DNA of 64,000 nucleotides from a virus: IMG/VR virus record IMGVR_UViG_3300031555_005249; one strand, given 5' to 3'. The translations under genes and the position numbers were made by a program. This document shows positions 31,024 to 38,696 of this stretch, piece by piece; positions within the stretch are counted from its first letter, which is position 1; every line of letters starts with the position of its first letter. The notes beneath the pieces were generated by a model, which searched no databases, was not told where the DNA came from, and was given only the letters and a program-made list of their open reading frames with translations.

Positions 31024-31407
31024 TTATTCTTCATCCTTGGTTTTCTTTTCTGGAACTACTACCGTTACGCTCATCCCAAGTTCTGTAAGCGAATAACAAG
31101 TAGGAGTTCCTTCTGTCTTGCTTACATAACCGTCAGTAATAAGCTTTCTCATAGCACCAGACACTGTGCGCGAAGAACAGAAAAGTCCATCACCGATTTC
31201 CTTTGCCTTGAGAATATTGTTATAAGACTCATAATTCTCCTGCATCCAAATAAGAACCTTTGCGCCATTTTCAGTAAAAGGAGCCTTCTCCTTTTCAGGT
31301 GTTGCTTTAAGCTGATTAAGGTATTCAATAGCTTCAGTAGGAATCATATCTTTGCTATGCGCAATAAGTTGTTCTACTGTGTTGATAAAAATTTCTTTGT
31401 TTGTCAT
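31024..31407 (-). CDS. Winged-helix transcriptional regulator (MarR/GntR-like HTH)
   Basis: HTH segment SSRTVSGAMRKLITDGYVSK. Confidence 0.45.
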   Translation of the reverse strand: MTNKEIFINTVEQLIAHSKDMIPTEAIEYLNQLKATPEKEKAPFTENGAKVLIWMQENYESYNNILKAKEIGDGLFCSSRTVSGAMRKLITDGYVSKTEGTPTCYSLTELGMSVTVVVPEKKTKDEE

Positions 31408-31489
31408 TTAATTAATTTATCTCCATTTCTATTTATTTTATTCATTTTATATAATAATTATAATTAAATTTGTATAAAAAATCAATAAA

Positions 31490-32185
31490 TTAATCAAAGA
31501 TTAGCTCTTTTGCATAGGGAAGAGTATTCGCCCACTCAAGGAAAGTATGCCACTCAGAGAGCTTGTGTCCGGCGCGCTGATGAGCCATACTACGAAGATT
31601 CTCATAATTCATAGTTACTGTACGCGTTTGAAGCCAACCATTGGGCAGCCAACGGATAAGCTCTTTCCAATATCGCTTATCTTTTGTTTCAAGATATTTT
31701 TGACGCAAGGTTTCACAATAAGCAATAATAGTATCTGGATTTAATGTTTCATCAATATCCGCGAAGTTAGTAAAATCATCAGTCTCAAAACATTCAAGCG
31801 TAATTGGAGTGCTTGCCAGTTTATGCATGGTGCTAGTTGAATTCTCGGTTACTCCAATACGGTAGGTATCAAACTCCTTGAGCCAGTAGAGAGGAGCAGT
31901 AATATCTACACTCACGAAGATTTGTCTAAGAAATTTACGATGTTCTGGACCTCCATTGATTAGTCTACGACAAAGATCCATATCATTAGGTCCGATTACA
32001 AAAGCCCCTTTAAGCATATTGCCTGGACACACTGACCAATCAAGACGCCATTTATCACAATTATCACAACTACCTGGACACAAAATAGAATCGCTTTTAG
32101 CCCAGCTATTAAGCGGATTTCTCATACCACGTAAAGCACCTTCAAAGTTAAAAACCTCAGTATTCTTAAACTTCATTAATCCCAT
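31490..32185 (-). CDS. ThyX-like (flavin-dependent thymidylate synthase fold) protein, divergent: RHR motif replaced by TYR
   Basis: EHRKFLRQIFVSVDITAPLYWLKEFDTYRIGVTENSTS aligns with the ThyX pattern HRxFxFxI...P.FV.RE..RHR..S.NE.S.RY. Confidence 0.4.
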   Translation of the reverse strand: MGLMKFKNTEVFNFEGALRGMRNPLNSWAKSDSILCPGSCDNCDKWRLDWSVCPGNMLKGAFVIGPNDMDLCRRLINGGPEHRKFLRQIFVSVDITAPLYWLKEFDTYRIGVTENSTSTMHKLASTPITLECFETDDFTNFADIDETLNPDTIIAYCETLRQKYLETKDKRYWKELIRWLPNGWLQTRTVTMNYENLRSMAHQRAGHKLSEWHTFLEWANTLPYAKELIFD

Positions 32186-32187
32186 TC

Positions 32188-32340
32188 CTCCTTTATTCCA
32201 TCTTGATATTTCTTTTTCATTTTCTTTAGTACGCGAATTGCATCATCAAAAGAGTCTTCATAAGTTTCATGCTCAAATTCGCCGCTATCCTCCCATTCAA
32301 GAGAGATTTCAATTCTTGTTACTTTCATTTGCCACATCCT
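32188..32340 (-). CDS. Small acidic hypothetical protein (50 aa)
   Basis: Hand translation; start overlaps the neighbouring gene. Confidence 0.25.
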
Positions 32341-32527
32341 TTATATAATCTTTAATAACTTCATTATTAAGTAGATTAAACAGTTCTTCTTGGTTATGCT
32401 TATCTACTATTATGGCGCAAGCTTCGTTCCAGCTTAGGTTTTCAGCATGATACTCTGCGCCTTCGTCTGTTGTTATCCAAATATCTACTTTCATTTCAAT
32501 TTTAACTCCTTGCGTATTTTCTTCCAT
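32309..32527 (-). CDS. Hypothetical protein
   Basis: ORF track. Confidence 0.35.
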   Translation of the reverse strand: MEENTQGVKIEMKVDIWITTDEGAEYHAENLSWNEACAIIVDKHNQEELFNLLNNEVIKDYIKDVANESNKN

Positions 32528-32539
32528 TTTTGGTCGTAC

Positions 32540-32632
32540 ATTTTAAAAACAAAGCTAAAACAGTCTCCCCAAGACCAAAACTCTTTTTCTTCAATATCAC
32601 CAATTTCATCTGTCCATTCTAGTTTAATATAC
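32540..32632 (-). CDS. Very small hypothetical protein (about 30 aa)
   Basis: ATG immediately after the exon-2 stop (TAAATG). Confidence 0.2.
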
Positions 32633-32634
32633 AT

Positions 32635-32860
32635 TTAACTATTTCCGCGAGTTTTATTCAGTCCAAAATCATATGTCTGATAGAGGTCAATATAAAACTT
32701 CTCCTTTTCATTTAATTCATTGATATTACATTTTTCAAGTATTTCAAAAGTAAAGTTATCAATACCCTTTTCTTTTGTAAATGCATAAAGTTGACTTGTT
32801 ACAGGGGTATCGATACCTAAGCTGCATTTGACATGCGTTACCCAGCGCTCTTTAATGTTG
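32635..32860 (-). CDS. Exon 2 of the membrane-anchored coiled-coil GIY-YIG-domain protein (C-terminal half of the GIY-YIG domain)
   Basis: Sequence (V)NIKERWVTHVK...FTKEKGIDNFTFEILEK...GLNKTRGNS; joins exon 1 to give ...YIGQAV|NIKERW. Confidence 0.6.
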
Positions 32861-34150
32861 CATTAATTTTGACTATTTTTTACTGTAATTTTTATTACAG
32901 GAAACCATTTCGGCATTTAAAGTACTTCGTTTCCTAAAATACTACTATGTGCTAATAATAGCCCTACTTCCCCGCCCATAAGGCCTAGGGAATAGTCGAT
33001 ACAGGTTTTTCAATTAATCCATTATTTTCTAGCAGGATAATCATAATCTTTAAGAATATAAGTTTTTCCTAAATTAATATTACTTATAGTTGAACGCCCT
33101 ATGTTATATTGTGCACCAATATTATCCATAGAAGTATTAGTATTACGTAACAGATCTAAAATATTCTAAACATCCTCTAAAGTTAAATTATGATTATTGC
33201 GAATGTTTTTTGCTCTAATAGGATAACTATATTTCCCTATTTCTGCAAATTTTCTTCCATTATTAATGTCTCTTAATACCCTGATTGGAATATTATATTT
33301 AATATCTATACCACCTTGAATTGGTAAATCCCAACGATACAATAAATCTTCTTTTAAATTAACTAGCTCTTCTTCGGAGGAAAAATAATCTAAAACTTCT
33401 GTCTTACACGCTGAGTCATGATTATTTTTTCTTAATGGGTAAACTAAGTTTGGATTAACATAGGTTCTACCTGTTGAAATATTTAATATAGTACCTTGTC
33501 CTACTCCATATTTATTACCTATCTCTGTTAAAGAAAACTCTGTATGATTAATTAACAAATCAATTATTTCTTTAAGTTGATTTTCATTTAAAGCTGCATT
33601 AGGATTTTCAGTCCCTCGTTTCCCCGAAGCGTCTCCTCCTCGGGTTTTATTGTATCCGTGTCCATCTTTAATATAGGTTTTATAAAAGGAAATCCAATAT
33701 CTTTCTTTATCATCTAATAACGATAAGTCAGAAACTGTTTCAAGTAATTCAAACTCATCAATAATAATATTGTATTCTTTCATTTTTTGCTCACACAATA
33801 GAAGTTCTCTTGAACCATGTCCAGCTTGACTATAAGAATTATGCTCCATAAGTCTAGCTCGAATATTTTGAGCCTATCCAATGTAAGCTTTTCCGTTTGG
33901 GTAATTAATTTTATAAATTCCGCTAATAATGTCATTTGGTGTCATCTTAGATAAAAATAATTTTTGCATTTTATGCCTCCTATAATGTTATATTCATCAG
34001 TTGTTCATATATATATTATTTTTATGGAAGATGGATTAATCAAAATTTCCCACGAGATTGTATTTTATTAAAAAATATTTTCCTCGTTAGCCACTATAAG
34101 TTAGCGACCCCTAGCAGCTACTAGGTAAAGTTTTTCATCGGCCAACATTG
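32861..34150 (-). mobile_element. Group I intron carrying a GIY-YIG homing endonuclease ORF, inserted in a gene that itself encodes a GIY-YIG domain
   Basis: 5' splice site after U at 34151, closing a P1 with a U-G pair (exon CGGU with intron GCCG). A 7-bp P10 pairs intron AATGTTG with exon-2 CAACATT. Core R-like ATCGACTATTCC and S-like ATAGTC elements are present. Intron ends with G at 32861. Confidence 0.65.
33022..33970 (-). CDS. GIY-YIG homing endonuclease (intron-encoded) with HTH C-terminal modules, 2 in-frame TAG
   Basis: MQKLFLSKMTPNDIISGIYKINYPNGKAYIG-TAG-AQNIRARLMEH...GYNKTRGG; a TAG sits at the conserved Gln of YIGQ. The frame reads through the TAG at 33166 to a TAA at 33022. Confidence 0.75.
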
Positions 34151-35118
34151 ACCGCTTGTCCGATATAAGATATACCAGAGTCAATGTGTGTTATCTTATA
34201 TATTCCACTGGCGCCCAACGCACCTACGCGCGCCGCAAGGTCATTGACTTTATCTCTATAGAAAGTAGTCCATATAAGCATACGCAAAGGTCTTGCTTCG
34301 CGTAGATTATATTCAATACTTTGAAGATATGCCACGTCTCGCTTATCTGCCTCATTAAGTTGAAGAGTATAAAATGTTGCTTGATTTTTAATTTCTTCTT
34401 CACGAAGTTGTGCTTCCATTGTGGCGGCCTTGGTTGCACGAATTTTTTCTAGCTCTTTGCGGATTGAGTCTAGGTCGGCGCGCATTGCCGCCTCTTCTTC
34501 TTGTAATTCTTTAGACATTGACTATTGCTTATCATAAAATAATTGCACAAGAGTGTCAATATCTTGACGTCGCTCTTCAATTAATCCTTTTTCTCTTGCA
34601 TCAAGTTCTTGAAGTCTGTCAAAATATAATTGATCAAGAGTGTCCACTTCAATATCGAACTCTTGTTCGCGTTTTTGATATTCATAATCAAGAGTCTCAC
34701 AATATTGTTCAAAGGAGGCGAGCGCAGCTGCCTTTAAGTCACCTGACATTGTCTCTACAGAGCTGCTGAAAGCAGCAATTTGCGCCTCAATTCCTGCTTT
34801 TTCAATTTGCTTATTTTGAATTTCATTTATTAACAACAATTTCTATTGAGTTAATTGATTTAATTCGTCGTAAGAATTTTTTGTTTTTTTACAGTTCTCT
34901 TCATATTTTTGAGAAATTTCATTGTTAGATTTTATCAATAAGTTATTTTGTGCTTCTAAGCTTTTGCGAGTTGCTTGTAATGACTAATTGAGTTCTTCTA
35001 GTTTCTAATTTTCTTCTGCTGTATAGCGATTAGCTTTTACAGATGTGGCTTTAACCCATACTCCATAAGCAAGACCGCTCACACCAAGAAGAATTGATAT
35101 TACGCATAATACTATCAT
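34151..35118 (-). CDS. Exon 1 of the membrane-anchored coiled-coil protein with a C-terminal GIY-YIG domain (N-terminal TM helix, long coiled coil, GIYKITHIDSGISYIGQAV), 4 in-frame TAG
   Basis: ATG at 35118 (MIVLCVISILLGVSGLAYGVWV...) is in frame through TAGs at 35005, 34984, 34843, 34522 into the listed ORFs 34522-34839 and 34135-34518. Confidence 0.55.
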
Positions 35119-35162
35119 CTTTACAATTTAAGGGGTAATTGCATAATTACCCCTTATTTTCC

Positions 35163-35420
35163 TTTTTAATTAGTCTTCCGTTGCCTCAGGATCAAAACAT
35201 TTTCCCGTTTCAGTTAGACGGATATATTTTACCTTACCGCCAGTTACAGCAACCTCTTCACGATAAATAAGATCGTGGTGTCTTGCCATTGCTGTGAGGC
35301 ATCCATTTACAGACTTTACACCGATACCAGTTGCTTCTGAAATATCCTATGCAGTAAAGTCCTCTCCATCATGCTCTCTTACATAGTTAAAAATTGTGAG
35401 TGAATTGTCTTTTAAAGCCA
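35163..35420 (-). CDS. Winged-helix DNA-binding protein, 1 in-frame TAG
   Basis: MALKDNSLTIFNYVREHDGEDFTA-Q-DISEATGIGVKSVNGCLTAMARHHDLIYRE...; paralogous to 31024-31407. Confidence 0.4.
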
Positions 35421-35500
35421 TTGCCTTAATTCTCCTTTTATATCTTAATATTTGCAGTTTTTTATTCTCTGCTATTGTTATTATAATTATATAATAAATT

Positions 35501-35752
35501 TTAATGATTGTCAAGTAGATTCTTGTTATAGATATAATCTTCGATGGCAAACATCTCAATCATTGTGCAGCTTTCAATGATTTGGGTCATTTCAGTTTCA
35601 GCTGCGTCTTTATCAATGCCTGCTTTTATTTGCTTTTCGAGTTCTACAATGCGCTTAATTTTAGGCATAAGGCGCTTATGCATTGCCTTACGCTGCTCTC
35701 GGTTCATTGGCGCATGACTATTTGAATCTTTTAAGTTTATGTTAACTTTCAT
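35501..35752 (-). CDS. Hypothetical protein
   Basis: ORF track. Confidence 0.35.
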   Translation of the reverse strand: MKVNINLKDSNSHAPMNREQRKAMHKRLMPKIKRIVELEKQIKAGIDKDAAETEMTQIIESCTMIEMFAIEDYIYNKNLLDNH

Positions 35753-37761
35753 TTCATTAACTCCTGTAACTGTTCTTCAGTGATAATTGGAATACCGAGC
35801 TCTTTTGCTTTAAGATTTTTTGATGATGTGCTTGTAACATCATTGTTTACGAGATAATCGGTTTTTGAAGAGACTGATGATGTTACCTTGCCACCTGCGG
35901 CGGTCACTGCCGCTGAAAGTTCGTCTCGGTTCTTCCAGATATGGACTCGACCCGTGACACAAAAAATCTTACCCTCAAGCGCATTTCCAGAATTTTCCAG
36001 TGCGCCTTCTTCTTCGACAAAGTCAATGATATTCATATCAACCATTCTATCTGCCTCATAATAATTAAAACTCATGATTGCCTCATGCATTGCTGGACCA
36101 AATCCATCAATCTGTGTAAAGTCAAAAGGTTTAATACCAGTGATAGGATCGGGAGTTACAGATACTCTAAAGTTTTGATAAGTTTCAAATATCTGCGCCA
36201 ACTGACGTGCATAAGTCTTCCCTATAAGCGGAATACTAATCGCGCTTAAATACTTCTCAAGTGTCGTGTGACGCGCCTCTTCAATAGCATCCAAAATCTT
36301 CTTTACGCTCTTTGCGCCGAATCCTGGCTTATTAATCCACTCAGACTCGCATTGGTATAGATAGAATAGATCCTTTGCTCTTGTAATCCAGCCCCAGTCA
36401 ATAAGTTTTTCTAAGGTAGCTTTAGACAAGCCTTTAATGTCGAGACCTTTCTTACCACAGAAATGGTCTAGCTTGTTTATGAGCTTTCCTTCGCAAGTAT
36501 CACTTGAACAATACAGCTCAATAGTTCCACTATCGCTCTCTCTGATTTCTGTTGGCGCGCCGCAGATTGGACATTTCTTAGGTGGAAATAAGAATTTAAT
36601 TTCTGGATCGTTAAGATAATAACCCGGATCCGCGCCAAATATTTCTTCCGCTTTTTCCCCCCAACTTACTTGAGGATTAATCATTAATGCCTTATATGTT
36701 TTTATTTTTTGTCCTACATAGGGATATTCACCAAGAATCTCGACTAAAGTATTGATATTATGAAGGCTTGCTCTTGAGCACATTGTATTTTCCATTTCTA
36801 TTTCTCGATAAATAGCAACTGGACTAAGCACTCCCGTTTTACCCATACTCCATTCAATATCTAATAGCTCGGTTTCATATTCTTCATCATAAAATTTAAA
36901 CGCAATTGCCGCTTTTGGATGATGGGCGGTAATCCCAGTGGCATAGTATTCGCTTTTATTATTTAATTTAAAAACCACTCCATCAATAGGTAAGCCTATT
37001 CTTTCACTATCCCATTTTAAACTATCTATTGCTTCTGTTATAGATTGACTTCCTGAAACGCTCCAGGAGACAACCTCAAACCCATAAAGACTTAAATCTT
37101 CGAGTTGAGCTGATAAAAAGTTACTTTCACTTTTATCGTCATAAATACAGTCCCACGCAATAAAACTCAAATTTCGCTTTGCAGACTCAGCGCTGTCAAG
37201 CAATCTAATACTACCCGCCGCAAAGTTTCTTGAGTTAGCATACTCCTCTGCAAAAGGTGCAAAGTCTTGCGAAAAACAGACTATCTCTCCATCGACTACA
37301 AGTCTGCCATCATGCGGAATCCACTTGGGTATATTTTTTACAACTTTAGCGTTGTGTGTGATATCCTCTCCCACCTCGCCATTGCCTCGAGTAGCCGCTT
37401 GAATTAGGCGCCCGCCTTGATAGATAAGACGACATGATAGACCATCACATTTAGCCATTGCAATCCATTGCTTATTTCCAAATTTATCTTCGATATCAGC
37501 AATCTCTTTTGTCTTATCAAGAGAAAGCATAGGAAAGTCTTCATCATGAGATACTTTGCGAAGCTCCGATACAACTTCATATCTTATCTTTTGAGTTGGA
37601 GATCCAGGTAGGCTTTCTCCAGCAACTTCTTCAAGATTCTTTAATTCAAAATAGGCATCATCCCACTCTTTATCGCTAATTGCAGGGGTACTTTTATCAT
37701 AAAGCTCTTGATGATGATTTAGAAACTCAATAAGCTCTTTCATTCTTGTATAATTAGCCAT
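35749..37761 (-). CDS. ligA: NAD-dependent DNA ligase LigA
   Basis: KxDG adenylation motif (MAKCDGLS), OB fold, Zn finger, HhH and a C-terminal BRCT-like domain. Confidence 0.9.
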   Translation of the reverse strand: MANYTRMKELIEFLNHHQELYDKSTPAISDKEWDDAYFELKNLEEVAGESLPGSPTQKIRYEVVSELRKVSHDEDFPMLSLDKTKEIADIEDKFGNKQWIAMAKCDGLSCRLIYQGGRLIQAATRGNGEVGEDITHNAKVVKNIPKWIPHDGRLVVDGEIVCFSQDFAPFAEEYANSRNFAAGSIRLLDSAESAKRNLSFIAWDCIYDDKSESNFLSAQLEDLSLYGFEVVSWSVSGSQSITEAIDSLKWDSERIGLPIDGVVFKLNNKSEYYATGITAHHPKAAIAFKFYDEEYETELLDIEWSMGKTGVLSPVAIYREIEMENTMCSRASLHNINTLVEILGEYPYVGQKIKTYKALMINPQVSWGEKAEEIFGADPGYYLNDPEIKFLFPPKKCPICGAPTEIRESDSGTIELYCSSDTCEGKLINKLDHFCGKKGLDIKGLSKATLEKLIDWGWITRAKDLFYLYQCESEWINKPGFGAKSVKKILDAIEEARHTTLEKYLSAISIPLIGKTYARQLAQIFETYQNFRVSVTPDPITGIKPFDFTQIDGFGPAMHEAIMSFNYYEADRMVDMNIIDFVEEEGALENSGNALEGKIFCVTGRVHIWKNRDELSAAVTAAGGKVTSSVSSKTDYLVNNDVTSTSSKNLKAKELGIPIITEEQLQELMK

Positions 37762-37794
37762 TTCTCTTTCTCCTCTTTTTCATTCTTATAATAA

Positions 37795-37823
37795 ATTATA
37801 ACATATTTTTAATAAAAAATCAA
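37795..37823 (-). promoter_or_regulatory. Consensus promoter TTGATT-17-TGTTATAAT for ligA
   Basis: Member of the repeated promoter family. Confidence 0.5.
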
Positions 37824-37847
37824 AATAAGAGGGTTAATATAACCCTC
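37823..37847 (-). terminator. Hairpin (aagagggtta-atat-aaccctctt) terminating the papain-like peptidase unit
   Basis: Inverted repeat seen in sequence. Confidence 0.45.
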
Positions 37848-38696
37848 TTAATGTTTTATTCTATACCATAAGCTATAAAAGACACTATATATCTTATTGG
37901 CAATTTTAACTAAAGTGCGTAAAAACTTATTTTGGGTTTTAAACGGCTTTTTAATATTTAATGGAGTGGTCTCAGTATCAACAATAGCATAAGCTTCACG
38001 TAACTTAAAATCATAGGGCCAAACGGCACGACCTTGATTACCCCAAAATACACTCCAAGAATTTTGAATTTTCCAACCGTTTTCATCCCAACCATAAAGC
38101 ACCATCGCATGGCCGCCAGACTTTTGGGTGAAATTAGAGGTTATAACTCCATCTTTGACTTTCATATCATTATACCAGTCCACTGCAATAATAACAGGAT
38201 AGCCTTGCATTAATGCTGTTTTTATTTCTTTTTCTTTTGATACTTTAATATAAGAGGTAAAACGGAATTGGCGCGCGAGTGCGTCCAATGAGTCTTTAGC
38301 CTTTTCTACTGCGGTAATAATATCTGGGACTTCACAATGTAATGGAAAATCATTGAATGTAGGAGCGCCATCTGCGCAAAAATTGGAAATTGCAAAACGC
38401 GTAATCATGCCAGCAGTTTTATTTAATGGAGGCACTCTATTGCCATAAATATAGCCAACGCTTATTTCATTTGCGATGCCATATTGTTGTTGATTAAAAT
38501 ATTCTGCTACTAAAGCAATAGAATGAGCTACGCAAGAGCCAACTGATCCTTGATTCTTAACAGGTGGCATTGGTAATTCAAATTCAGCTGGAAATTCTGA
38601 TTGTAGACTAGAACTATCAATACGATAATCTCGGATATCGGGAGCGGAAAATTCCGCTCCCAAAGTTTCCATATATTGTTGATTTTCAGTTATCAT
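37848..38696 (-). CDS. Papain-like (C1 family) cysteine peptidase
   Basis: QGSVGSCVAHS (the catalytic Cys signature Q..CGSCWAF) and GGHAMVLYGW...NSWSVFWGNQG (His and Asn-Ser-Trp region). Confidence 0.65.
   Translation of the reverse strand: MITENQQYMETLGAEFSAPDIRDYRIDSSSLQSEFPAEFELPMPPVKNQGSVGSCVAHSIALVAEYFNQQQYGIANEISVGYIYGNRVPPLNKTAGMITRFAISNFCADGAPTFNDFPLHCEVPDIITAVEKAKDSLDALARQFRFTSYIKVSKEKEIKTALMQGYPVIIAVDWYNDMKVKDGVITSNFTQKSGGHAMVLYGWDENGWKIQNSWSVFWGNQGRAVWPYDFKLREAYAIVDTETTPLNIKKPFKTQNKFLRTLVKIANKIYSVFYSLWYRIKH

Noticed and set aside
34135-34137. Possible TGA read-through after the GIY-YIG N-terminal half at 34135
   Set aside because: The downstream frame gives non-homologous sequence. 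The group I intron splicing model (5' splice site at 34151) explains the break better, and no other evidence for TGA recoding was found.
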